A stretch of 64,000 bases of DNA from Arthrobacter sp. (GCA_034376805.1 JAXMJF010000063.1:58600-122599); one strand, 5' to 3'; shown: positions 10,055-19,314, counted from the stretch's first letter. Numbers and translations: made by a program. Notes: generated by a model from the sequence alone, not told the origin.

Positions 10055-10375
10055 ATGCCAACGGTTCATTTCACCGACGCCGAGGGCGACGTCCGCGACG
10101 TTCAGGGCAATCCCGGCGACTCCGTCATGGAAACCGCGGTGCGCAACGGCGTTCCCGGCATCGTGGCCGAATGCGGAGGTTCGCTCTCCTGCGCCACCTG
10201 CCACGTCTTTGTCCGCGAGGACTGCCTTTCGAAGCTCCCGCCGATGGAGGACATGGAGGACGAGATGCTCTACGGCACCGCCGTGGACCGCGAGGACAAC
10301 TCGCGGCTGTCCTGCCAGCTCCGCCTGACGGACGAGATCGAACTCTTCGTCACCACTCCGGAAACCCAGGTGTAG
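10055..10375 (+). CDS. 2Fe-2S ferredoxin (adrenodoxin/putidaredoxin type)
   Basis: ATG at 10055 after AAGGAGA; cysteine pattern CGGSLSCATCH ... C; 106 aa. Confidence 0.85.
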   Translation: MPTVHFTDAEGDVRDVQGNPGDSVMETAVRNGVPGIVAECGGSLSCATCHVFVREDCLSKLPPMEDMEDEMLYGTAVDREDNSRLSCQLRLTDEIELFVTTPETQV

Positions 10376-10377
10376 TG

Positions 10378-11709
10378 ATGGGCACCCATGTTGCCGCGGC
10401 CGAGCAGCCGTCCGCGGGCGCTGCAGCGCAGCCGGAGGGCACCACCCGCACCGGCCTGCTGATCATCGGCGCCAGCCAGTCCGGCGTCCAGCTCGCCGTT
10501 TCCCTGCGGGCGCTCGGCTTCGACGAGCACATCACCCTGCTTGGCGACGAGGACCACCGCCCCTACCAGCGCCCGGCCCTGTCCAAGGAGTTCCTGCAGG
10601 GAACGGTGGAGAGCGAATCCCTGATCTTCCGCTCCAACGACTACTGGGCCGACCACAACGTGGAGTTGGTCAAGGGCGAATACATCGTCAGGATCGACAA
10701 GGAAGCGGACGGCTCGGGCGTCGCGCATGCCTCCTCGGGCAGACAGTTCCCTTTCAAACGCCTCGCCCTTACCGTGGGCGCCCGCGCCCGGAAACTCGAG
10801 ATCGAGGGCGGTGACCTCGACGGCGTGCTCTACCTGCGCAACGCCGACGACGCCCTGGCGCTCAAGGCCCGGGTGGGGGACGCAAAGGACGTTGTGGTGA
10901 TCGGCGGCGGGTTCATCGGCCTCGAAGCCGCCTCCAGCCTGCAGAAGATGGGCAAGAACGTCACCGTGCTGGAATTCGGCCCGCGGCTGGTGGGCCGCGC
11001 CGTCGGCGAGGAAACCGCCGACTACTTCCTTCAGGCCCACCTCGCCCGCGGCCTGGACATCCGGCTCAACACGAGCGCCAGACGCTTCACCGCGGAGCGC
11101 TCCACCGGTGACGGCCGCCGTGCCGTCGCCGGCGTCGAACTCCAGGACGGCACCGTGCTGCCCGCTCAGATCGTGCTGGTGGGCATCGGGGTCATCCCCA
11201 ACACCCAACTGGCCGAACAGCTCGGCCTCACCGTGGACAACGGAATCGTGGTGGACCGCTTCGCGCTGGCCTCGGACGGCACCACGGTGGCGATCGGCGA
11301 CTGCGCCAACATGCCCAACCCGGTGCCCGGATCCGAACCCGGCGAGCGGATCCGGCTGGAAAGCGTCAACAACGCGATCGAACACGCCAAGGTGGCCGCC
11401 TACTCGCTCACCGGCCGGCGGGAGGAATACGCCGGCATCCCGTGGTTCTGGTCCAACCAGGCCGACCTCAAACTCCAGATCGCCGGACTCTGCAACGGCT
11501 ACGACCGGACCGTGCTGCGGCGGGACGAGGAACGCGGCAAATTCAGTGTCCTCTACTACCGCCAGGGCCAGGTCATCGCCGCGGACTGCGTCAACGCCCC
11601 GCTGGACTTCATGGCCGTGAAAAACGCCCTCGCCAAAGGCCAGAACATCCCCGCCGACGCCGCCGCGGACCCGGCCACACCCCTCAAGACGATCACCACG
11701 GACAGCTAA
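10378..11709 (+). CDS. FAD-dependent ferredoxin--NAD(P)+ reductase
   Basis: Starts 2 nt after the ferredoxin stop; two dinucleotide folds (LLIIGASQSG, VVVIGGGFIGLE); putidaredoxin-reductase-like length (443 aa). Confidence 0.85.
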   Translation: MGTHVAAAEQPSAGAAAQPEGTTRTGLLIIGASQSGVQLAVSLRALGFDEHITLLGDEDHRPYQRPALSKEFLQGTVESESLIFRSNDYWADHNVELVKGEYIVRIDKEADGSGVAHASSGRQFPFKRLALTVGARARKLEIEGGDLDGVLYLRNADDALALKARVGDAKDVVVIGGGFIGLEAASSLQKMGKNVTVLEFGPRLVGRAVGEETADYFLQAHLARGLDIRLNTSARRFTAERSTGDGRRAVAGVELQDGTVLPAQIVLVGIGVIPNTQLAEQLGLTVDNGIVVDRFALASDGTTVAIGDCANMPNPVPGSEPGERIRLESVNNAIEHAKVAAYSLTGRREEYAGIPWFWSNQADLKLQIAGLCNGYDRTVLRRDEERGKFSVLYYRQGQVIAADCVNAPLDFMAVKNALAKGQNIPADAAADPATPLKTITTDS

Positions 11710-11750
11710 CTCCACTCAGACAGTTAGTCGGCCCCACCCGAAGGAGCATT

Positions 11751-12509
11751 ATGACCACCCCCAAGACCCCGGTTGCCGACGCCGGCACCGCGAACCCGGT
11801 TTCCGACAACCCGGCGGCGGTTGATTCCGCGGCTGCGGACTTCGCCGCCGCGTACCCGGTCCGGCCGGTTCCGGCGCCGGGACCGGTGGACACCGCCCCG
11901 ATCGCCACCACCCCGGCGGCGCTCGGGGACCTCGACGGGCTGTGGCGGGCCGTGGTGCATGAGACCCGCACCCGCGGCAATGACATCCACCTTCCGATCT
12001 CGCTCGCCTTCGCCGAGCGGCTCTGCCGCGCCTACCCCGACGCCGACGCCGAACTGGTCCGGGTGGCCACCCTGCTGCACGACACCGGCTGGGCCCATGT
12101 GGACGAATCCCGCATCATCTCCGAGGGCTTCGCGGGGGACTGGCGCAAGGCCGCCATCCGCTACGAACATGAGAAGCAGGGTTGCGACGTGGCCCGCCGG
12201 GTGCTCCCGGGCCTCGGCTACTCCCCGGAATTCGTCGAGCGCGTCTGCGCGATCATCGACGGCCACGACACCCGCCCGGTGGCCCGGTCGCTGGAGGATG
12301 CGCTGATGCGCGACGCGGACCGGCTGTGGCGCTTCGACCAGGCCGGGATTGCGCTGGCCTCCACCTGGTTCAAGATGGATCCGGCCACCTACACAGACCG
12401 GCTGGCCACGGAAATCGTGCCCGAACTCATTACCCAGGCCGCCCACGACATGGCCACCGCCGACCTGGACCGCTCCACCGCACTGCTCAAGACGGCGGTG
12501 ATCCGATGA
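11751..12509 (+). CDS. HD-domain phosphohydrolase (CreD-like position)
   Basis: ATG after GAAGGAG; HD signature LLHDTGW plus downstream H/D residues; Pro/Ala-rich ~60-aa N-terminal extension. Confidence 0.7.
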   Translation: MTTPKTPVADAGTANPVSDNPAAVDSAAADFAAAYPVRPVPAPGPVDTAPIATTPAALGDLDGLWRAVVHETRTRGNDIHLPISLAFAERLCRAYPDADAELVRVATLLHDTGWAHVDESRIISEGFAGDWRKAAIRYEHEKQGCDVARRVLPGLGYSPEFVERVCAIIDGHDTRPVARSLEDALMRDADRLWRFDQAGIALASTWFKMDPATYTDRLATEIVPELITQAAHDMATADLDRSTALLKTAVIR

Positions 12510-14026
12510 CCGCCGCCACGCACGACGCTCCGGCCCTGGCCGCCCGCGCCGCGCTCAAGCTGCCGTACACGCATGTGGACGACGTCTTTCTCGACGGCGC
12601 CTGGTCCCCGGCGCGGGGCACGGGCCGGAACCCGGTCACTGATCCCGCCACCGGCGAAGTCTGGGGCTCCGTCCCGGACGGCACCCCCGAAGACGTGGAC
12701 GCCGCCGTCGGCTCCGCCCGCCGGGCGTTCGACGACGGCGCGTGGCCGCGGCTGGCGCCCTCCGAACGGGCCGCGTACCTCCTGCGCATCGCCGAGGAAG
12801 TGGAGAAGCGGGCCGATGAGCTCTCGCTGACGAACACCCGCGAGAACGGATCGCCGGTCTCTGAATCCGCCGGGGCCGCGGCCAACGCCGCGGGCATTTT
12901 CCGCTACTTCGCCACCCTTGCCGACTACCTGGAGCGCGAGGACGTCCGGGCGTTTCCCAAGGGCGGCGGCGAATCCGTGGTCCGGCGCGAACCGATCGGC
13001 GTGTGCGCGCTGATCGCGCCCTGGAACTTCCCGATCAACCTTGTGGTGATCAAGCTCGCCCCGGCGCTGCTGGCCGGCTGCACCGTGGTGATCAAGCCGG
13101 CGTCGCCCACCCCGCTCTCGCTCCGGGTGATCATCGACGCGGTGGCCGCGGCGGGCGTCCCGGCCGGCGTCGTCAATCTGGTCACCGGTTCCGGCCGGCT
13201 GGGAGACGCGCTGGTGAAGCACCCGGGCGTGGACAAGGTGGCGTTCACGGGTTCGACGCCGGTGGGCCGGAAAATCGCGGCGGCCTGCGGCGAGCTGCTG
13301 CGCCCCGTCACCCTGGAACTCGGCGGAAAATCCAGCGCGATCGTGTTGCCGGACGCGGACCTGGACGCGATGTCCAAGGTCCTGATCCGCTCCTCGATGC
13401 GCAACACCGGCCAGACCTGCTACATCTCGACCCGGATCCTGGCCCCCGCCAGCCGCTACGAGGAAGTGGTGGACATGGTCACTTCCACCATCGCCGCCGG
13501 CAAGCAGGGCGACCCGCTGGACCCGGACACCGTCTTCGGGCCCTGCGCCACGGAATCCCAATACCGCACCGTGCTGGAGTATGTGGAGTCCGGACTGGCC
13601 GAAGGCGCCCGCGCCACCACCGGCGGGCGCGCGGCGTCCCTGGGCGGCGGGCTGGAAGGCGGGTACTTTGTGGAACCCACCGTGTTCGCCGATGTCACCC
13701 CGGACATGAGGATCTCCCGGGAGGAGATCTTCGGCCCGGTCATCTGCATCCTGAAGTACAACGACGCCGGCGGCAACGCTGATGAGGCCGTTGCGCTGGC
13801 GAACAACACGGAGTTCGGGCTGGGCGGGCTGGTGTTCGGGGGCGATCCGGACAAGGCGCTCGCCGTGGCGGACCGGATGGACACCGGCTCGGTGGGCATC
13901 AACTTTTTCGCCTCCAACCACGCCGCACCGTTCGGCGGCCGGCACGATTCCGGCCTCGGCACCGAGTACGGCGTCGAGGGCCTCAACGCGTACCTGAGCT
14001 ACAAGTCGATCCACCGGAAGGTCTAG
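12506..14026 (+). CDS. NAD(P)+-dependent aldehyde dehydrogenase
   Basis: ATGA overlap with previous gene; PWNFP, LELGGKS (catalytic Glu), GQTC (catalytic Cys), EEIFGPV motifs. Confidence 0.9.
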   Translation: MTAATHDAPALAARAALKLPYTHVDDVFLDGAWSPARGTGRNPVTDPATGEVWGSVPDGTPEDVDAAVGSARRAFDDGAWPRLAPSERAAYLLRIAEEVEKRADELSLTNTRENGSPVSESAGAAANAAGIFRYFATLADYLEREDVRAFPKGGGESVVRREPIGVCALIAPWNFPINLVVIKLAPALLAGCTVVIKPASPTPLSLRVIIDAVAAAGVPAGVVNLVTGSGRLGDALVKHPGVDKVAFTGSTPVGRKIAAACGELLRPVTLELGGKSSAIVLPDADLDAMSKVLIRSSMRNTGQTCYISTRILAPASRYEEVVDMVTSTIAAGKQGDPLDPDTVFGPCATESQYRTVLEYVESGLAEGARATTGGRAASLGGGLEGGYFVEPTVFADVTPDMRISREEIFGPVICILKYNDAGGNADEAVALANNTEFGLGGLVFGGDPDKALAVADRMDTGSVGINFFASNHAAPFGGRHDSGLGTEYGVEGLNAYLSYKSIHRKV

Positions 14027-14086
14027 GGCCCCGCCCCGCCGGTGCCGCCGCCGTCTTCCTCGCCCGCGTTGTTTGGTAGGAGGTGT

Positions 14087-14446
14087 TCAGGCCATCAGCG
14101 TAAGCACCGCGATCCGGTATCCCTCGCCTGAATCGACAAGCTGGTAGCAGAAGCGCTCACGGGGCCGGCCGCCGTAGGACCAGGTGACGTCGGCCCAGAC
14201 GGTGCCCGGAGCCTCGCCCATGATGTCGATCTGCTTCTCAACGTCATTCACCCCGTCGTACTGGCCAAAGGCGGAAGCGAAGAACTCCTCGGTCTGGCGG
14301 GCGTCACTGACCGGGATCGACGTGCCGGGGAACAGAATGAGCGACGGCACCGCGTACATGCCCGCGATCGCTGTGGCATCGCGGGCCAGCAGCGCCGAGG
14401 CGTACCGCTCGAAGAATCCGGCTACCTTTTCCTTCGTCTCATTCAT
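14087..14446 (-). CDS. NTF2/SnoaL-like small protein
   Basis: 119-aa ORF with high third-position GC; N-terminal pattern FFERYASALLARDATAIAGMY typical of DUF4440/SnoaL-like folds. Confidence 0.6.
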   Translation of the reverse strand: MNETKEKVAGFFERYASALLARDATAIAGMYAVPSLILFPGTSIPVSDARQTEEFFASAFGQYDGVNDVEKQIDIMGEAPGTVWADVTWSYGGRPRERFCYQLVDSGEGYRIAVLTLMA

Positions 14447-14578
14447 GGCATCAGCCTACAAATTCGCGGGGTCCCCCGCACGGACTTTCTGCAGCCGATG
14501 GCCGCCCACGGGTAAATCGGCCCTACCGGCAGGATGGCGGCCGGGCCGATAATCGGGGGTATCCACCCCTTGCAGACT

Positions 14579-14902
14579 ATGGAGGCGATCGACGTGTCGG
14601 TTTATACGCTGGGAATCTGGTTGGTGCATCCGGGCCGCGAGAATGATTTCGTGCAGGCCTGGCGGGATCTGGCCCGGAAGACCCAGGAAGACTTCCCGCA
14701 CGCGAAGGCCGTGCTGATGCATGACCACGACGTCCGGAACCGGTTCATCAGCACCGGCCCGTGGGAATCCCTGGAACAGGCCGAGCAGTGGCGGGCGTCC
14801 GCGACGTTCAAGCAGAGCATGGAGGGCATGCGCGAGATGCTGGAGCATTTCGAGGCGCGCACCCTGGACGAGGCTGCAAGCATTGGCTGGGATGCCCCCT
14901 AG
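14579..14902 (+). CDS. ABM/Dabb-fold (antibiotic-biosynthesis-monooxygenase-like) protein
   Basis: ~107-aa alpha+beta-barrel-size ORF; start chosen at internal ATG 14579 (ORF track start 14534 also possible). Confidence 0.5.
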   Translation: MEAIDVSVYTLGIWLVHPGRENDFVQAWRDLARKTQEDFPHAKAVLMHDHDVRNRFISTGPWESLEQAEQWRASATFKQSMEGMREMLEHFEARTLDEAASIGWDAP

Positions 14903-14956
14903 CCGCCCTCTTGCAGGAGGCCATGGCCGGCGCAACGAGGTACTGACTGCACGAAG

Positions 14957-14990
14957 AGAGGGGATGCCCGCCGTGGCGGACATCCCTTCT
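14957..14990. terminator. Hairpin between convergent genes (bidirectional terminator candidate)
   Basis: AGAGGGGATGCCCGCC / GGCGGACATCCCTTCT, ~14 bp stem with one mismatch, T-rich 3' flank. Confidence 0.5.
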
Positions 14991-15001
14991 TACCGGCTTT
15001 C

Positions 15002-15748
15002 CTAACCGCCGAACGCGGTGAGGTGGTGCTTTGATGCCTCCAACACGCGGGTATAGACGGCCTTGGCATCGGGTGCAGTGGTGGCGCCCTCGACGGCGGC
15101 GGTCAGGCCCTCGATGTCGGTCTTCTCGACAGTCCGCCCCGCCTCGAGCGCGCCGTCCTGGCTGGCCTGGCCCTGGGCGAGCAGCTCATCGTAGAGCTTC
15201 TGCAGGCTCTCGTCTGAGAACACGCCTGCCACGTGATCGACGGTGGGATCGGTGACGCCGTAACGCTCCATCAGGTTCCTGACGGCCTCAAGGTGCTTGG
15301 ACTCTGAGTTGGCAACCCGGCCGAACACCGGGGTGTCGTACAGGCCGGCGAATGCGGTGTACAGGTCATGGGCCACCAGTTCCTCTTCGGCCATAAACGC
15401 CAGTTCTGCCTTCTGCGCCTCCGTCATCGTGCCGGTGGCAGCGCCCCCGGACTCCAGGCCCGGACCTGCGCCCTGTCCCATGCCTGAACCCTGGCCTTGG
15501 CCCTGGCCGCCGGCCTTGCCGTGGCCCATGGTGTTGCCGCCGGCGTGGGTACCGGCGTGGTTAGCGGCCTGCTCGCTTGCGCCCCGGCCATGGCCGTTCG
15601 AGGACTGCGCCGGCCCGCTTTGCTGATGCTGGCCATTCTGGCCGCCCTGGCCGCTCTGCACGGCGGCGGCCATGCTGGGCCCTGCAATGAGGGCGGTTAT
15701 GACGGTCCCGCCGGCGATTGCCGTGGCAATCATGGTCTTCTTTCGCAT
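15002..15748 (-). CDS. Secreted DUF2202 (ferritin-like) protein with Gly/Gln/His/Met-rich linker
   Basis: ATG at 15748 after GAGGAG; signal peptide MRKKTMIATAIAGGTVITALIAGPSMA; FMAEEELVAHDLY ... SESKHLEAV ferritin-like pair; the 613-aa ORF in the track is an over-extension. Confidence 0.75.
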   Translation of the reverse strand: MRKKTMIATAIAGGTVITALIAGPSMAAAVQSGQGGQNGQHQQSGPAQSSNGHGRGASEQAANHAGTHAGGNTMGHGKAGGQGQGQGSGMGQGAGPGLESGGAATGTMTEAQKAELAFMAEEELVAHDLYTAFAGLYDTPVFGRVANSESKHLEAVRNLMERYGVTDPTVDHVAGVFSDESLQKLYDELLAQGQASQDGALEAGRTVEKTDIEGLTAAVEGATTAPDAKAVYTRVLEASKHHLTAFGG

Positions 15749-15807
15749 GGTGTGCTCCTCGTTCGGATGCCGGAAATTCAGCTTGTAAATACAGAATGCC
15801 GCCAGCG

Positions 15808-15847
15808 TGTGGAGGGCTGCTGGCGACCGTGTGCAGATTGTGTGGAG
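15808..15847. promoter_or_regulatory. Three in-phase heptamer direct repeats TGTG(G/C)AG, candidate response-regulator site
   Basis: Repeats at 15808, 15830, 15841 (spacing 22 and 11 bp) in the divergent promoter region between the DUF2202 gene and the RR/HK operon. Confidence 0.3.
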
Positions 15848-15898
15848 ATTCGTTCCGCCCTGCCTCGCGGTGCAAAAGCTGGCATTAGTGTTAGCCCT

Positions 15899-16588
15899 AT
15901 GCCCACCGTGCTGGTCGTCGAGGACGAAAAAGACATCCGTGAAGTGCTGCGCCGCTACTTGGAACGGGCGGGGTTCTCGGTCCTGACCACTCCCTCGGGC
16001 GCCGAGGCCTTGGGACTTCTGCCCTCCGCGGACCTGGTGGTGCTGGATCTCGGGCTGCCCGACGTCGACGGAACCGACATCCTCCGCGAGATCCACGCGC
16101 TCGGAAGCCTTCCGGTGATAGTACTGACAGCCCGCAGCAGCACCGAGGACCGGATCCGGGGTCTCGAACTGGGAGCCGACGACTATGTGACCAAACCTTT
16201 CAGCCCGCATGAACTCGTTCTGCGGGTACGCGCGGTCCTGCACCGCTTCGGCGGTGTCCCCGCAGCGGATGCGGCGGCAAGCTACGGCGACGGCAGGCTG
16301 CGGATCGACGCGGGCCTGCACAAGGCATGGCTGGATGGGAACCTGCTGGATCTGACCCCCACGGAGTGGGACCTGCTGGACGCTGTGGCGGCATCGCCGG
16401 GACGGGTTTACTCGCGGTACGAGCTGGTGAACCGCGTCCGCGGTTATGAATACGCCGGTTACGAGCGCACCATCGACTCCCACATCAAGAACCTCCGCCG
16501 GAAGCTCGGACCCGGCGCCTCCGACGTCGTGGAAACCGTAACCGGAGTGGGATACCGGCTGGGCCTGCGCCGGGACGAGCGCACATGA
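15899..16588 (+). CDS. OmpR/PhoB-family response regulator
   Basis: Receiver (VLVVEDE, DLVVLDLGLPDVDG, KPF) plus winged-helix output (TPTEWDLL, GVGYRL). Confidence 0.9.
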   Translation: MPTVLVVEDEKDIREVLRRYLERAGFSVLTTPSGAEALGLLPSADLVVLDLGLPDVDGTDILREIHALGSLPVIVLTARSSTEDRIRGLELGADDYVTKPFSPHELVLRVRAVLHRFGGVPAADAAASYGDGRLRIDAGLHKAWLDGNLLDLTPTEWDLLDAVAASPGRVYSRYELVNRVRGYEYAGYERTIDSHIKNLRRKLGPGASDVVETVTGVGYRLGLRRDERT

Positions 16589-17937
16589 GGCGTGCGGGGA
16601 AGGGCCTCGGACAACTCGGGAAGCGGCTCCTGCTCGCGTTTGTGCTGGTGGCCGTTTCGTCGGTCCTTGTCCTGGTCGCAGCTGCCCTGATCGGGGTGGA
16701 CCGTGGCGTTCACGCCGCGCAGCGTGCGGACCGCGAACAGCTGGCCCTGGGGGCAGCCACCGCCGCCGCGGACGCCTACCGGCAGGCTGGCGGCTGGGAC
16801 GGCGCCGAGCTGGGGCGTTCCCTGGCCCTCGGTGACGCCGCATCGGCCCGCCTGAGTATCGTCGACACCGACGGTACGGTGCTGGCCGGCCCGGGCTCCG
16901 GCAACCCGGTCCGCGGCAACGCCGGCCAGCCAGATTCCAGCGGCCAGGGAGCGGTCACCGCCGATGTCATCGTCGATGGCACCCGAGTCGGGACCGTGCG
17001 GGTCAATCTCGGAGGAAACAGTGGGACGAGGATCCTCGACGTTGCCTGGATGTGGATCGCCGTCGCCGCACTGGTGGCCCTGACTGTGGCTATCGCCGCG
17101 AGCTGGTTCGTAACCCGAAGGCTTGTCCGGCCGATCCGAAGTATGACGGAGGCGGCACGATCCTTCGGCGCGGGAAACCGAAAGGTCCGTACGGCCGGGG
17201 ATGCGCCAGGGGAACTCGGCGACCTCGCCCACGCTTTCAATGACATGGCGGATGCGGTTGTCCGGTCCGATACGGAACGGCGCAACCTCACTGCGGATGT
17301 GGCCCATGAGCTTCGTACGCCCCTCGCGGCCCTGCAGGCCGGACTTGAGGAACTGCGCGACGGACTCATTGAACCCACGCCGGCCGGCCTGGCCGGTTTG
17401 CACGACCAGTCACTCAGGCTTGGCCGCGTGGTGGCCGATCTCGCCGAGCTCTCAGCAGTCGAAACGGCGGCGCTCTCCTTGGACCTGGCGCCAGTGGACC
17501 TTGCCGCGCTCGCTGCCGATGCACTCTCCCGCGCTGAACCCCAATTGCGGGCGGCCGGACTGGCGACAGAGCTGGAAAACGCCGACCCCGTGTGGGTGAG
17601 GGCCGACGCCGACCGCCTGCACCAGGCGGTCGGGAACCTGCTGGCCAACACCGCGCGCTACTGTCAAAAGGGCGACAAGGTAACCCTGAAGGCGCTGAAC
17701 GACGGCGACGACGCCGTGCTCACCGTCGCCGACACCGGCCCGGGAATCCCCGCCGAGGAACTGCCTCATATCTTTGACCGGCTCTGGCGGGGGAGCGCCG
17801 CGGAACATGTCTCCGGCTCCGGAATCGGGCTCGCCCTGGTCCGCGAAATCGTGACCAGCCACGGCGGGACCGTCCGGGCCGCGTCCGCACCGGGGGAGGG
17901 GACCGCCATCTCCCTGCGGCTGCCCCGGCTCCCGTGA
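16585..17937 (+). CDS. Sensor histidine kinase (TM-sensor-TM-HAMP-HisKA-HATPase)
   Basis: ATGA overlap with RR; H-box ADVAHELRTPL, N-box NLLANTARY, G-boxes DTGPGI, GSGIGLALV. Confidence 0.9.
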   Translation: MRRAGKGLGQLGKRLLLAFVLVAVSSVLVLVAAALIGVDRGVHAAQRADREQLALGAATAAADAYRQAGGWDGAELGRSLALGDAASARLSIVDTDGTVLAGPGSGNPVRGNAGQPDSSGQGAVTADVIVDGTRVGTVRVNLGGNSGTRILDVAWMWIAVAALVALTVAIAASWFVTRRLVRPIRSMTEAARSFGAGNRKVRTAGDAPGELGDLAHAFNDMADAVVRSDTERRNLTADVAHELRTPLAALQAGLEELRDGLIEPTPAGLAGLHDQSLRLGRVVADLAELSAVETAALSLDLAPVDLAALAADALSRAEPQLRAAGLATELENADPVWVRADADRLHQAVGNLLANTARYCQKGDKVTLKALNDGDDAVLTVADTGPGIPAEELPHIFDRLWRGSAAEHVSGSGIGLALVREIVTSHGGTVRAASAPGEGTAISLRLPRLP

Positions 17938-17964
17938 GCTGAAGGGGCTACACCTCCACTAACC

Positions 17965-18026
17965 CAACGCGGGGTCACTTAGCGCCTGTCCGGGGCCCGG
18001 GATGGGCGTGAAGTGACCCCGCGTTG
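17965..18026. repeat. REP-like palindromic element, copy 2 (probable bidirectional terminator)
   Basis: Perfect 16-bp arms CAACGCGGGGTCACTT / AAGTGACCCCGCGTTG; between convergent stops 17937 and 18034; arms identical to copy 1. Confidence 0.7.
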
Positions 18027-18033
18027 CTTCGGA

Positions 18034-19314
18034 TCAGGCGAACATGCCCTCGCCGACGAACCCGCCCTCTCGGCACCCCGGCGGGATGGCGAACACGGCC
18101 GAGCCGATCGGGGTCGTCCACTGATTGAGCATGTCCATTTCAGCGAGCCGGCGCTGGATGGGCGTGAACTGCTTGTCGACGTCGGCCTGGTAGGACACGA
18201 AGATCAGCCCCGAGTCCGAGACCACTCCGGCGCCGGGCGCGGCATCGTAGTTGTACGCCCGCCGGAAGATCCGCTGGGAACTGTCCTCGGGCCGGGCCCG
18301 GCGCAGGTGCGAGACGTCCGAGATCACCGGGAACCCGAGCCTGGAGACGGCGGCGAAATCCGGCTCGTCGTGCTCCCGCACCCCGGTCAGCGGTGCGCCG
18401 TTGGACAGCCGGCGGCCGACGGATTCCTCCCGGCCCACGCGGTCCACCTCGTCCCACTTGTCCAGGTTCATCGCGATCCGGCGGATCACCACGGACGTGC
18501 CGTTGTCCGTCCACGCGGGAATGTCCCCGCCGCCCCAGACGACGCGTTCAGCGTCGGTGCTGTCCGGCGCCGGGTTCGAGGTCCCATCCACCTGGCCGAA
18601 GAGGTTCCGCATGGTGGTCCCGGACTTCTCGCTGCCATACGAACGCCGGAAGCCGGTCTGCACCCAGCGGACGGTCGCGAAGCTCCGGCTGTCTTTGAGG
18701 AGCATCCGTTGGGCATGCGCCACGGTCAACGGATCATCCGCGCAGATTTGCAGCAGCAGATCACCGTCGGAGAACCCGGGCTGCAGCCGGTCGATGCTGA
18801 AGACCGGCAGCGGCTTCAACCAGCCCGGTGCCCGGGCGGGGTCCACCGCGGCAACCAGCCCGGGCCCAAGACCGAAGGTGACGGTCAGCCGGGCCGGCAC
18901 CTGGTCAAGCTCGCCTTCGGTGTCGGCCAGTGCCGGTTTTCCCGCGGCAAGGTTTGCGGCATCGTCGCTGAGGAGCCGCAGCAGCGCCCTGACCCCGGCG
19001 CGCGTCGTTCCCGGCAGCAGATCCAGCGCGACAAAAACGCCGTGGGCCTGCGCCGCCGTCGTAATTCCCGCCTGGCGCTCGCCGTAAAAGGGGACGACTC
19101 CGCCGCCGTGGACGCCCTCCGCGGGCTCGGTCCGTGCAGACTTCCCGGCCTCCTGGGGGTCCGCCCCGGCGAGGTGGGCACCGGCCGCGGCCAGCGCCCC
19201 CAGCCCTGCAGCGGCGCCGCCGAAGAGCAGTCCGCGCCGCGGCAGTTTCCGCGGGGCGCCGGGCCCGTCAGTGCCCGCGGTTGGACCCGCGGGCTTCTGG
19301 TCCCCGGCCGTCAC
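18034..19314 (-). CDS. Tat-exported Dyp-type peroxidase (EfeB/DtpA-like)
   Basis: Twin-arginine signal PRRGLLFGGAAAG; DyP motifs FGQVDGTSNP, RRAYNY; GTGA overlap with upstream PCuAC gene. Confidence 0.85.
   Translation of the reverse strand: MTAGDQKPAGPTAGTDGPGAPRKLPRRGLLFGGAAAGLGALAAAGAHLAGADPQEAGKSARTEPAEGVHGGGVVPFYGERQAGITTAAQAHGVFVALDLLPGTTRAGVRALLRLLSDDAANLAAGKPALADTEGELDQVPARLTVTFGLGPGLVAAVDPARAPGWLKPLPVFSIDRLQPGFSDGDLLLQICADDPLTVAHAQRMLLKDSRSFATVRWVQTGFRRSYGSEKSGTTMRNLFGQVDGTSNPAPDSTDAERVVWGGGDIPAWTDNGTSVVIRRIAMNLDKWDEVDRVGREESVGRRLSNGAPLTGVREHDEPDFAAVSRLGFPVISDVSHLRRARPEDSSQRIFRRAYNYDAAPGAGVVSDSGLIFVSYQADVDKQFTPIQRRLAEMDMLNQWTTPIGSAVFAIPPGCREGGFVGEGMFA

Noticed and set aside
15002-16843. 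613-aa version of the DUF2202 ORF, and the 644-aa version of the amidase ORF (61498..63432)
   Set aside because: The N-terminal extensions run antisense through the response-regulator gene and the rhodanese gene respectively, and are compositionally non-protein-like. Internal starts with an RBS (15748) or a family-typical N-terminus (62937) fit better.
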